From assembly GCA_011109175.1 (NCBI GenBank), contig RDEW01000026.1, forward strand, positions 862,156 to 926,155: a stretch of DNA of 64,000 nt. The letters are read 5' to 3'. The notes under the pieces are model-generated. The model searched no databases. It saw only the letters and a program-made list of their open reading frames with translations, and was not told the origin of the DNA. Every line of letters starts with the position of its first letter. Within the stretch, counting starts at the first letter, position 1. The stretch is from Dicyema japonicum (Eukaryota; Animalia; Dicyemida). This document shows, piece after piece, positions 11,780 through 24,704 of this stretch. Position numbers and translations under genes: made by a program.

Positions 11780-13770
11780 ACACATTCTCAAAGGGGAGAC
11801 TACTCCTTGCAGATTTGGCTAGCGAAGTTGGAGTTGAGGTCTTGACGTCCTAACCATTTCTCATACAACGGAGCTGACATGTTGGGATTGGCTCTAGTGT
11901 CTCCACAGCTCCTGGATTATGTGGACGGACCAGCGTTGCTTTGGGACATTGGGAGTGATCATATTCCGCAGGAAATATCTATAAACTTAGAATTAAACAT
12001 TGCAGAAAATATTTTCCTATACTACGATACTTGGTCGATAGACTGGGTACATTATCGTCATTATTTGTCTGAGACCTTACTATCGAAGACTATCTCTTGT
12101 TCTACACCTAATGAGCTGGACGTTTTCGACAGGTACTATCCAGCACTATGCTGACGTATCTTCAATTATATGGAAGGAAGGTTTACTCGAAGAGCTTTCT
12201 GAAGAGCAAAGATTTTTGCCCACCTATAATACGGGATCTTATTCGCGAGAGGAATACTCTGAAGGCGAAGCACAGACGATGTATTGATATGTGGGACAGG
12301 AAAATCTTGAAATACAAAATTGATGTGATCCAAACAATGCTACAAGAAGCTTGGAAAGTAAACGCCGAAAATAAATTGAAGAGTGCAGAAAACCCTTGTT
12401 TCTGGAAAATGTACAGGAGGCTAACGAATGGGAGTTTAAAAGCGAAAAACATTAAGCTAGCCGATCAAAATGAAGGACAATCCCATTGGAAAAAGTTCCT
12501 TCGGTATTCCGAAATCAACTAGAGAATATACAGGGTGTTGATCCTATTAGTGTTATAAATGAAAAATTTTCAGAGGAGTTGCCTAATTTCATGGATTACT
12601 CTATGGAAGATCTGGGTAGTTTGACAGAAAAAGTCTCAATGGCAGAAGTTAGAATAGCAATTCGTGAATACAAGAACAAGGCCCCAGGATTTGATGGCAT
12701 TCCTATGATTATGTTCAAAGAAGGTTCTGATGAACTATTGTCTGTTCTACGAGAGATACATGAGTCGAGTTTCAGTGTCGGACACGTGCCTCCTTTATGG
12801 AAACGATCTATTGTTAAGATGATCCTCAAGCCAGTAAAAGCAAGGAAGGATCCCCTCAGTTATAGGCCGATAAGTCTTATATGTTCTACATCAAAGATTA
12901 TGGAACGTATTGTATTTAAGAGACGGTATATAGAGGGGAGCAACTTTCTACGACCTAATCAATTTGGTTTCCGTCCGGGAAGATCATGTGGAGATTGTAT
13001 CCACTCACTAAACTACGAAATTATAAATACACTGGAGAAGAAAAGCCAGTTGAGCCTTATTTGTCTCGACATATCAAAGGCATTCGACAGTGTATGGCAC
13101 GAGGCGTTATTTCGTCAACTAGTTCGCTCTAAAATAACCAAAGAAATGTTCCTATGGTTGAAAGACTATCTAACCGGGAGGATATCCCACGTGGTAGTTG
13201 GTGGAAGTTATTCGGATGGAATATCATTTAAAAGAGGAGTGCCACAGGGATCTATTTTTAGCTCTTTGCTATTTAACATATTTATGGAAGATTTTCCGTC
13301 TCCGCAGAACGTCAGAACCAAACTAATGATTTACGCGGACGACATTTTAATCCTCGACGGAAAAATCCAGTTATTTGAGGATAAGCAGGCCGGGTAGACA
13401 TCAGCCCTACACTCTCTGTATACCAAGAGTTTCGTCATTGAAATATTTGGGGATTTCAGTCGATGGAAGAGGATCATACATGAAGGACATCGAAGGGCGA
13501 AGAAAAAAGGCTTTGCAGACACTGTACTGCACTAAAAGACTGAAGCTAGACGTTGATTCCATGCTCTTCATCTTCCGGAATGTGATTCTTCCCAGACTGA
13601 TCTACGGAAGCGAGGGATAGTTCTACACCCCTCGAGAGAAAGGATTCTCGTCCGACTGGAGAAAACACGGCGGGCGGCGATAAAACTAGCCCTCGTAAGA
13701 AATTACATTAAGCCTGACGGAGGAAGAGAACAAACTTGTCAGGCCGATCAAGGAGGACATCCTACCGAAA
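11780..13770 (+). mobile_element. LINE ORF2, C-terminal APE + RT (degenerate)
   Basis: SKGRLL, GSDH, KAPGFDGI, YRPISL, QFGFR, DISKAFD, VPQGS, YADD, KYLG. Confidence 0.88.
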
Positions 13771-13800
13771 TTGTAAAATATTATTTAATTTGTGATTAAA

Positions 13801-14200
13801 GGAGATGGGAAGAGACCTGATGGATGACCCTTTTCCCCTTCACGTCTGGAAGATCTTTGGTCTGGGCCGCAACTTGCATAGACACGTTCTCAAGCACGAA
13901 CATTTTTAAATCGGTTCAGACACCTGGAGCAGCTGCTTTGACTGCGGAAAACCTAAAAATCAAGAAATATTCTTGCCTCGGGGATCGCTACCGATTTACT
14001 CCTGTTGCGACCGAATCATCGGGAGCCGTTGGTCCAATGACGGCTGAATTCTTGCAAGAACTCGGAGGATTGCTTGCCAGAAAGAAAAGGGATCAACGAG
14101 AAGGGTTATGGCTAAGACAAAAAGATTGGAATAGCCATACTCCGAGGGAACTCGTTCGCAATCCACGCAGCAGGCTTCCTCAACTGACATTTGTTTAATT
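13801..14200 (+). mobile_element. CRE-like (RLE) non-LTR retrotransposon 3' fragment
   Basis: DGKRPDGMTLFPF..GRSLVW.ATC.DT, K.KKY..L, F.PVATESSG; homologous to 48270-48650. Confidence 0.75.
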
Positions 14201-14462
14201 GTTAAAAAAAATTTTTTGTTTAAAAAAAAAAATTTTGTGATTTAATAAATTAACTTTCCATTTAGTACAACTTTTTATACATTTAACAAGTTAATTTTTA
14301 TGGAGATTTAATTGACTTTTTTAGGTCCCTTATCATAATTTAAAGGAAGAATTATCAAAATATGTAGAGCACTTTATAGGAGAAAGGAAGTCGACGCACA
14401 CTTTCCTTAAAAGGGACGGGATGTTTATCCAAGTCTGTCTGGCTAATAAAAAGAAGGATGTC

Positions 14463-14622
14463 AAAAGTCGTCACAAAAACCATCAATAACGTTCGTTAAA
14501 AAATATATTGAAAACACTGGTATGGAGTCTAGAGCAGCGAGGGTTACTGTGGAGAAAAGGAAACAAAAGTCGTCACAAAAACCATCAATAAACGTTTATT
14601 ACAAAAAATATATTGAAAATAT
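14463..14622. repeat. Imperfect ~55-bp direct repeat (2 copies)
   Basis: caaaagtcgtcacaaaaaccatcaataa..aaaaaatatattgaaaa at about 14463 and 14564. Confidence 0.75.
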
Positions 14623-14680
14623 TGACTACCCCCCGAATCCATTGATCTTCGTCCAAAATGGGGTATCCGGGAGACATTCG

Positions 14681-16608
14681 TTAATTCAAAAAACGTGCAT
14701 CAAACGCTTCTTTGCTCATCTAAATTAACGGAACCGCCAAACCTTCCCGCTTTTCAACTTCTTCAATAAACCACAGTCCTCATCAATCTCATCCAAGTCA
14801 TCCTCATTCAAAAGCATATCACTTTTGACACGTGACTTCTTCGCCTTCAACTTTTCCCTCTACAATTCAAAAAACAAAGTACTCTCTTAGCATATTTTGC
14901 ATTCAGCCTCCTCTTAGCCTCTTTTTTGGCCAGATTGCCCTTAGCCATCTTCTTCCTTTCAATTTCTCGCCTCTTCTCCTTATAACAAACACTTTCCACG
15001 TCTACTGGGGACCGCGTGAACCCAGACACATCACATTTTCTTATTTCGACCATTTGTGGGATCTTCAACAGGCCGAAACAGCTGGCCAGTGATCCGACAA
15101 GCATTTCTGACACGTGACTACATCACTTACTGTTAATATCGAACAACTGCCTTAGTGGATGCTTCAAATATGCCTTCACATAGCTCACAAAGGCCAGAAC
15201 ACCCTTCTCCATGAACTCCCGTTCAGTCTCCGACAGAGATCTCAATTCTCCAGTTAACTCTGACAACCCGATGCCGTCCTCGAACTCATCCAAGTCAACC
15301 TAAAGTCACTAAAATCATCCACCTGCTGATTAATCCTCAGAAAGTTAACGTACACCTCCTCGTGGTCATTCAGTAGTATTATGGCTCGTCCCTCCTTCCC
15401 CATTCTGGCGTCCGACCACACCGATGAACAAACGAGCTGGCCACTTTAGGGGGATCGTACTGAACCACCCAATCCACGTCAGGAACATCAACACCACGTG
15501 CAACGATATCAGTGCATAGTAACACTCCACTAGGGTTACAATAGTCACCACCTCCCAGAGGAGACAAATTGGGAGTAAATTGAGTCCCTTTTCCCGCGCT
15601 GTTTACGGTTAAGACAGAAAAAAGGAATTTCAGGTAACAGTCTGGAGAACACCCGATGAAAGTACGATGTCTCCGCGCACGTGGCATAGAATATAATAAT
15701 TTTGTGTCCATTATTGCGTTTAATAAAGCCGTGAATGAAATTGAACTTCGCCATTGGACTGAGACACTACACGTGACTGATTTACTCACTTTGTAGTAGT
15801 TGTTCAGTTTAGAAGGCGTCGAAGACGAATTGAGGGACACAATCTTGTGGTTCCTCATCCCAAATTTCATAAGGGAGGTTATTTCGGCGTTGAGGGTGGC
15901 TGAGAAGATCCCCGTCCTCCTCTGTTTCGGAAGATAACGCAGAATAGTCTCGATGCTGTGGTTAATCGACATTTTACTTTGCTTTGTACCCGTCTGCCAG
16001 GAGTCTATCGGCCTCGTCAATGATGAGAACTTCCTGAAGTTATCAAAGCACTTACCAGTCGTTCCAGACACGAGGCAAAGTCGAAACCGCTGTGTCTCTG
16101 CCTTAGAAACGCCTCAGCTCTCCCAGGAGTGCACACAGTGACGTTGCCACTAAATTATCTACGAGGAAAACCCGTTAGTGGTGAACTCCCCTATGCAATC
16201 CTTCAGAGATTGTCCCCCAACCAACTGACAGAAAGAGAATGGTAATGAAGTCATAAAGTGGGTAAATACGGTATAAACTTGGACGGCCAGCTCCCTGGTG
16301 GGCACGATGACGAGGGCGAATATCTGGACATAAGTAAGAAGGGTTACGTCGTATTTGTTGATCTTAGAGGGAAGTTTGAGAAGACGTTCAATTATTGGAA
16401 TTACATAGGCAAGGGTCTTTCCACTTCCAGTGATTGCGTGGACAGAAACGTCGTAGTTTTGAAGGAATATAGGGATCGCCTTGAGCTAACGATTTATAGA
16501 TAAATGTACCTGAACTGGTGTTAGAGAAGTAAAATTAAGCCCCTTTATGCTGTCAACTACAGTGTCATTTAGTTTTATGTTATGCTTTTGTAATTGTCCC
16601 TCCAACAT
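14681..16608 (-). CDS. DDX55: DEAD-box RNA helicase DDX55/SPB4, about 12 micro-introns, apparent 1-nt frameshift near 15409
   Basis: Spliced motifs [54 protein letters not shown]; C-terminal LLKKLKSGK; 22-24 nt GT-AG introns (e.g. 16486-16509). Confidence 0.9.
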
Positions 16609-16699
16609 AAATGTCCCACAAGGAAAGTTTTTAAAGCACGTGACAAATTTAAAAAATATTTAATCAAAAATTAATATTCTTTCGTACTTATTATAACAA

Positions 16700-19400
16700 T
16701 AATTATGATTTTCAGGAATAGAATTGGGCATTCCTTTCATGGTGGACGAGAGTTCTTTAAACATTCGTTTATCTCTCCACCAGTCTTGATTCTAAACATA
16801 GTCGATGTATTATGCCACAGGGCTACGCGTTACCCGAGTAGACTTACCCCAAAGAAAGGGGTATTTCACCATCTTTTAAGCTTTTCACATATCCACTTCA
16901 TTGAGCTCCCACGTGTAATCGCAGATAAGTATTCTATTGCGTCGTGTAGTTATTTGGTCCACTGATTTGAAGACAACACATACTTCTATCACCAGACACT
17001 TGAAGGATCAGCACATTTTATTTTGGAAGGGATATTTCTCTATTTATTTGGATGTTAAGGAATCCACCAGATTCAATTCTTTCGAGGGAAATGTTAGCCT
17101 TTCTTTCTATTTTCGTTTACAAATTCTTCCTTAGTTCCTATCCAGTTGAAATACCCTGTGAGATACTGTGAAGAAGGATAGAGGTAAATAATCAAGTGAT
17201 AGACAAGAGTGACACCACCAGCTCTACCATATAAGTCGTTGTTTACTGGAAATGAGGTGGACCATATAATTTACTTTTTGGGAGTTAAATTTCCTCAATT
17301 TTAGGTTACTAAACTGTTCCTTTACATGTTGAATTTGAGAATCCCATTTTTTGGGTGAGGTGGTGACGTCTCTCTATGCACCTCATGTCTTAATCCCCTT
17401 GTCAAGGATGAAAATACGGAACGGAATTAGCAGAAACTAGTATATAATTTTCTGTGAAAAAGTCACAGCGGTAGAACGTATGGAAGGTGGTCGTTAAGTG
17501 GAGAGCGAATTTGAAAGTCCCAAGTTGTTCTCCAAAATTTGTTCTTGACGAGATTCGAACCCCGAGTATAGTGTCACTTACGATTCTTTGTTCAGAAATC
17601 TCTTATATCCGAGTCCATCAGTTCGTCCATTCACATGGGAAGAATCATGAAAGACTCATAGTATTCTAAAGATTTCCTGAAAGGGAGACATGTTCGGTTC
17701 AACTACCTTCCGAGACTCAATCTACTTCATTTGTTTTCAGGGTAATCACGTTCATGTTGAAATTAGAGGAATCAATGAACTCAGACCCTAAGGCTATTTG
17801 AAAGGTCCCCCACTGTTTGACATGTTTTATGAGGATAGTTGAACGAGTCAGTCTGTTTGGGGTCACTTGGTTCCAAAATCGAGTGACCCAAGAAATAAGA
17901 TACAAGTCACGTTAAGTAAAAATGTCACAACTAAGGTTATGGAGTATATGAAATAGTGGCCACGTGGTCGAATGATTCCTCTCCGTCGGACACACGACAC
18001 AATTTGTAAACTCCGTAAGATTCAGTCAAAATATAGAAGCCATCCCCGAAACGGCCGATCTCCTCTTCTGGGGTTCCAACGAAATATTTTAAAAATCCGT
18101 CTTCCACAGCTCGATATTTCTCCCAGTCATCGGGCCTCGGGGAATCAAATACGAGATTGTGCCTCAAACGAAACTTGGATGACATCACTTTGTATGTGGG
18201 ACCTGAGTGGACCCCCTTCTTGTTATATTTTAGCAAAAAAACGGGAGTTATTGCTAACATTACCAGGACTAAACATATAAGCCTATTCGAACCCGAAAGT
18301 ACAACGACCCCAAAATACTTTGATGAGACTATCTTGGATTTCCTTATGGAATCAGTCATTCTGTACATTTGAAGTGATCTCATATCTCGGAAGTCTTCAA
18401 TACTCTTAGTTGAACTGACTCTTTTAACCTCCGACATCATCGGATTCCATTTGGTGGTGGTATTTCCATAAACAAAGTGAAAGGACCCAGAACTGATTGA
18501 ATCCGACCATCTGAGGAGAGGCAACCCATCAACTAAACCCATAACTCTCCAACTCAACTATTAAAGTCATCATTTTCATCGCTGTCGAAGAGTGACCTAT
18601 CTGGTAACATAAACGACCTACATTTGCTGTATTATTTGTGTTAAATGCCCTAATTTTCACTTGTTGTTGTTTTTAAACATTCGCACCTTTCCATATTTGG
18701 AAATATATACATCGAGTTACAGGTGATCAAATCACCACCGGAAGTGACCATGTCTCTTGAGTTATGTGTGGTCGTTAGTGTGGTGGTTGTAAGGTGGGAA
18801 GGTAGTGACCTTTAAATGTTTACTTCGCTTCATGAGACCCATGTCTTCCTTCTTCCACGAGCATTGATGGGTTGAGGATATGAGGTTATTAACAAAGGAA
18901 GTGTTGGGTGCACGCAGAATCCTGGCTCTAATTCCTTACAACCTCAATTGAAGGAATTTGGGGGTCGTCTGTCTGAAGGTGGTCACATAGACGATGGTTA
19001 GTATATTCTATAACTCTAGTGTTTGGAATTCTTCGAAGGATCCTAATTTAGGGAATATTAGTTAGACGGTGTTTCTTTGGCTTAAATAATAATCTGTACT
19101 CGATTATACTGCAGGTATAAAACTCAGACTCTAAAGGTCTCCACCGGGGATCAAACAGGGAGACAAATTGGACTGTAATGAAAATCTATAGTATTTTGCA
19201 TCAAGGAAACATCCAAAATCCCAATCTGCTATGAATCTACATGATAAAGTGACACGGTCGTCTACGGTAACGGAGGACATTAACTGAAGCTTACTATCAC
19301 GTATGAACTTTGCTTCAATGGTGATCGTTCGATATTCGGATTTATTGGGGCCACCTAACTGCCTCCATTATTTGACTTGAAGTGCTGAAAATCAATGTTT
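16700..19400 (-). CDS. Putative multi-exon gene of unknown function (boundaries uncertain)
   Basis: 206-aa non-TE ORF 17937-18557, coding-like composition, micro-intron-like interruptions. Confidence 0.3.
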
Positions 19401-19959
19401 TGCTTAGAAACCCTATTCTTTGTGAATTAATCAAGTTTTGGCTACCAACTATCGACAAAGCCTGGCACGCCTAGACTTCTCGTCGTAGAAAGAGTCTTCG
19501 TAAAAAACATTTCAATAAAAACAGAATGTGATCTCCATTGTTCAATTTTTTATTGTGGTTAAATAAAGTGGGTATTGTTAAATTTTTTGATTTAATATCT
19601 GGCTTATGCAGAGGGTCGGAATCGCCAGTCTCAAAGGCCTTGGATCCGTGAAGCAGCATTAAAATAGAACACTAACTCCCTTTCCTTTATAAATTAATGT
19701 TCCATTTAGTATTTTGCTCATAAGAAGCTTTAGTGTTCGGCCGGCTTACTGAAAGTAGTTATATGCCGCGGTATGTTTGATACAATTTTTTTCACAAACC
19801 AAATATTAAAAGAATTAAAATTATCATAATTTTTGACCTGTGTATGGTGTTAATTTCTTTATCATCTAGAATTGTGATCATTTCTCCTTCGGTATTCGTT
19901 ACTGTATATTTTTTCGTTCAAATTTGGCCGTATGAGGGGTACTTTCTATTAGTCACGTT

Positions 19960-20525
19960 GCGTCCCGTCGTGGTGCATTAAAATTTCATCACCATCTTCA
20001 ATTTCGTCGTATTTCCATCTATTTTTTTCTACAATTCTCTTGACCAACTTCTCCATGCTCCGCGGTTACAGGCAGTTATTCCGAGCGTATCCAGATCATC
20101 TCAAGTTTTCAGCTTTCGTCCTACATTGGTCAGGTCCTTGTGTAGAACCTCTGGCAAAGTTATGCGAGGTCTTCCACGGAACGAGGTATTCACTTCTGGG
20201 CAGAAATAGTTATCCATTGCTATTTTAGCAGGCGTCATCTGGCTCATTCGAAGGATGTGACCAAACAGACGCCATCTTGATTCCATGATATCCAGACTCA
20301 ATGGTCTTGTATTACATACTTTGTATAGATTCTTGTTTGTAATTTTTTTCGGCCAGTTGATGCCAAGCAACAGTCGGAGTTGCCTACGATGGAAGGCATC
20401 TAGTTTGTCCATTACCGCTTCTGAGACACCCCAGGTTGCAGCGTTGTACATTAGGACCGGTTTCACGAAGGCATTGTATAGTCTTACTCGTAGTTGTGTG
20501 CTAATTTGTTTACGATGATTCCAGT
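19960..20525 (-). mobile_element. RTE LINE 3' fragment
   Basis: PVLMYNAATW..LDAFHRRQLR..RWRLFGHILRM..RGRPRITL. Confidence 0.85.
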
Positions 20526-20584
20526 TACTCCCATTTTTCTAAAAACCGCGACGGCCCGGTTTTTGTAGTGCAATTAGTGTGTCA

Positions 20585-21090
20585 TTACCCGGAGTGCGGA
20601 AAAAAAGTCAAGTCCGTAAGGGGAAAAAAAGTCAATTCGTCTTTTTTTAGTTTATATCGTATTTTTATAGCATTAATAGCATCTTTTAATTTTTAACATT
20701 TTTTTCAACACTTGACTTTTTTTCCATTTGACTTTTATCAATTATCTTAAATTTTCCCTTATAAATTTTCGAAATTTAGCGCAAAACGGAAAAAAAGTCA
20801 AGTCCGTGATCAGCGGACTTGACTTTTTTTCCGCTTTGGTACAATCGCTTTGACTAAATCAATTTAAGAATTTCAAGGTAATAATAAATTGACTTGACTT
20901 TTTTCGCTTTGGTTTAATCTTTTTGACTTAATCAATATACGGATTTCAAGGTTGTAATCAAGCGTATTTTAAATATTATGCTTGCCGCAAAAATAAGAGA
21001 CAAAATGGAGATATCAACTAACAAGGAGGAAAGAAAATTTGTTTTAAGGGTTATATGTATACAAAGCACTCGGTGACCAAAAAACTATGT
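20585..21090 (+). mobile_element. MULE-like element 5' end with subterminal repeats and FLYWCH-like start
   Basis: Repeated direct and inverted AAAAAAAGTCAAGT units; MEISTNKEERKFVL/GYMYTK. Confidence 0.5.
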
Positions 21091-21129
21091 AGTAATTCCA
21101 TAGTACACATTTTCTGTCAATAAATTTTT

Positions 21130-21910
21130 ACCAAATGGGGTCGTACATGAATCCTGACTGTCACCAATTATCCTCAACCTTTTTATGAGCAATATGCCTT
21201 TCCATAGCAGCAACAACACTCTGATCCTCGCTTATGCTCACGACATAATCTTGGCAACAAGAGACCAGTATATTCACACATCGGGTACCCGCTTACAAGA
21301 TTTACTGGACAACCTGAACTGTTGGATTATGAGGAAGCTATTAGACACAAGTCCTGAAAACTCTAACACAATGATTTTTACTTCAAACAGAAGACATTTT
21401 TACACTTAATGGAATGTCAATCCTTTCTGCTAACTCTATCAAAATACTGGGGATCATATAAGACCTCCTTATGACTTTCAGAAAACATGCCAGCAACGTC
21501 ATTTCTTTCCAACGAAAACTAAATTTTGTAAAATTACTTCTCGGATACTACAAAGGCTGTTTCTACGCAACAAGCCACCTTTATACGTTATACATTCAAC
21601 CGACAATCAGCTACTGCTGTGCGGCATAGGGAACAAACCAATACGAACCTAAAGAAGATCAATGTCTTCCAAGAAACAGTCACGAGGGCCCTACAAAGGT
21701 TCTACTCATCAATAATGCCAACTCCGTTCGAGGAACTTTTGAGGAAAACGGAAGACCAATTGAAATCTCCAAAATTCCGAAAAGTGTCTCATTCATACTG
21801 GAATTGCGTAAGTTCTCGGGTGGAACACCGAGAAAGGATGAGACGACTGCTTAAGGAGACTGAGATCACCTGACTGCCATTCCCGGTGATTCTTGGTTCT
21901 AAATAAATAA
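21130..21910 (+). mobile_element. LINE RT and 3' end ('GIT*' family)
   Basis: AYAHD (YADD variant), KILGI, ends EHRERMRRLLKETEIT*; homologous to 40900-41497. Confidence 0.75.
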
Positions 21911-22701
21911 ATGGGAGAGCCGACGCACAACTCTAAGATCAGAAACCTTGGAGATGTTGCCAAATATTTAACTTTACATTAGTCAAGCCTTTGGGAAGTA
22001 CAATTTTTTAAAACTGCAAAAATTAAATTTGAATGAGAATTTGATGTTGCAAAATTCATTTCACTTTTTAATCCAGAAATTTCAAAACAATACGAAAAGC
22101 CCAGTAAAACAACGATCGACAATTTATAACAGAAGGATATTCTATACGACCCCTGAGAGATTCTATAAGTCGGATGATGTCAACATCTTTGAGTTTTTAT
22201 AAACCATGAAGGGGGCATTCTATGGACATTTTTAGATTGTTTGTGTTATTGCCAAGCTCTGTATTGACTGAAACAATTCTGTGACTTCTCTTCAAGAAAT
22301 ATTCAGGAAAATACGACCGAAAATGGAAAGCAATGAACTCCGAAAACCCTAGCGACAAACAGATCGCTGAATACTACATTTACCATTATTTCCCTAAGTC
22401 ATATTACTCAAATCTTAAATTATATCAATAACCTCACTGCGGACTATACTACAGTCAGACCTCGATTCGGAGAAAACCTCACTTTGGTTTTGGAACACCC
22501 CCAGATTTTTGAACGCTTGGTAGTATTTAGTAGAAATGGAAAAGACCAAAAACGTCGACGTGGAACAAAATTAATTATAACTTATTTAATGGTTTAATTT
22601 AAAAAAATTTCACTTTGACTTGTCATTCTTAAGATGAGTCTAAAATACCAAGAAAAACTGCCAGGCCCAAAAACTGCCGCATGCCAAATAACACTCTAAA
22701 C

Positions 22702-24343
22702 CAGGGGTCTAAATCAATCCAGATCGATCGTAAGGGGGTCGAAAATGAAATATTTGGGGGTCGAAAATAAATTTAATATATTTAATCTTTTTCAATTTAA
22801 ATTAAGTTAGTTTAAAGTGGAAAACCTTTGTTCTTTAAAATTTTTAAAATTACCATGCTTGTTTTTGTTGTCGTCCTTCTACATTAAAAATTCGTCAATA
22901 TAAAAATGAATATTTGGCATTTGGATTTATAAAAAATTCTTTTGATAATAGACCACATTGTTTACTGTGTAATAAGTCATTATCAAATGATGCAATGAAA
23001 CCGTCCAAATTGTTGGATCATCTTAGGAGAAAACATTCGGATAAAAAAGATAAACCATTAGAGTATTTTGAAGAATTAAAGGATTCTTTTCGTAAACAAA
23101 AAACGATTGAAACTGTTTTTACAAATAGTAGTGAAAGAAACAATAGTTGTTGTTATTTTAAATTATATTTAGAAGGACTAATTGCATCCTATAAAATTGC
23201 AATGATTATTGCAAAAAATGAGAGTTCCAATGATTCAATTCGCCGCAGGATTGACGAAATGTCAGATAATGTTGAACATATTTTATGTGAAAGGCTTAAA
23301 AATACTATTTTTTCGCTTCAAATTGACGAAAGTCATATATGTGATAACCAATCAATTCTAATGGGATATGTCAGGTTAATCTTATTAGAAGCTTACGATA
23401 TAGATATTTTGACGATCATGCTCTTCTTACAGAAGATTTATTATTCGTCAAATATTTGGAAACTGATACGACTGGATTTTCTATTTTTTTGTAGTTAAAT
23501 TATTTTTGGATGACAAGAAGATTCCATATGAAAATTTGGTTTCTTGTGCCACAGATGGTGCAATGTCTATGGTTGGAAAATATAAAGGATTTGCGGCATA
23601 TTTGAAAAAAATATGTCTAAATGTGATTCATATACATTGCGTTTTACATAGACAACATTTGGTTTCAAAAGCTCTTTCGCCAATTCTACATGAAACGTTA
23701 AATATAGTTATTAAAACCATAAACAAAATTAAAGCAAACAGCAAGTATGACCGTCTTTTAGAAAATTTTGCTATGAGGCTAAAACAACATATGTCCGTCT
23801 TGTGCTTCACACTGAGGTTATAGTTTCCAATTTTATTTTATAGTATCAAAGGGAAATGCATTAGAACGATTTTCAATATTGTTTGACACAATCGTAAATT
23901 TTCTTACTTCTGAGGGTGATAAAAATTTAGCAGATTTAATTGTATCGAAAAAGAAAGAAATTGTTTATTTGACTTGGATTTTTGGAAAATTTAATAAAGT
24001 TTCATTAGAACTTCAGGGAAAGTATGTGACGCTAATAGATTGTAAAAGAATTATTCAAATATTTATCAAAAAAATTAAGTTATATATATCAGTCACAGGG
24101 ATCCCAATGCTATTTAATTCTTTTTTTAATTATAGATTTATGCTAAGATACCAACTTAACATCGAGTATATACTTTTTTTTGTTTGATTTGATTATTAAC
24201 AATGAATTTATTTTAGATAATTAACTAATTTTACTTAGAATTGTCTGTTCTAAATAAAAAAGTTTTAAGGGGTCGATTAAATAATATGGGGGTCGAAAAA
24301 AAAGTCAAGGGGTCGACGAGCAAAAAAAGGTTGAGAACCCCTG
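22702..24343 (+). mobile_element. hAT/Buster (Charlie/ZBED5-like) DNA transposon, internally deleted, intron-containing
   Basis: Termini CAGGGGT..ACCCCTG; perfect 8-bp TSD CTCTAAAC (22694-22701, 24344-24351); BED finger CLLC..H...H, LQIDES, TDGA.SM.G, HCVLHRQHL. Confidence 0.92.
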
Positions 24344-24514
24344 CTCTAAACTGTCTTCTATGTAACGCATCGAGAGCCATCGATTCCACAATCGAACAGG
24401 CCCAAGTACCAGCAATATATGTTAGTATTCACAAATGCATTAATCATGCACATCCGTAGATTATGATTTAAATAAATTATATTAATGCTAAGAACAGGAA
24501 TGCTGTTTGTGATC

Positions 24515-24704
24515 TTAATGAGCAGATGCTCAAAATTCAAACCAAGAACAGCGGTTATTTCGTCGAATGGATCTCCAACAACGTCAAGACTGTCGTTTTT
24601 GATATTACCCTTCGTGGATTGATGATGTCTGCGACTTTTTTTGGAAACTCTACTGCCATCCAGAAACTTTTCAAGCGTTTATCAAAGCAATTTATTTCTA
24701 TGTC
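24515..24704 (+). pseudogene. TUBB: beta-tubulin C-terminal fragment
   Basis: [42 protein letters not shown]; diverged and truncated. Confidence 0.85.

Noticed and set aside
16637-16642. E-box CACGTG upstream of DDX55
   Set aside because: Plausible Myc site, but the hexamer is common in this window; not supportable alone
17549-17562. tRNA/SINE from a reverse B-box GGGTTCGAATCTC
   Set aside because: No A-box or SINE body nearby
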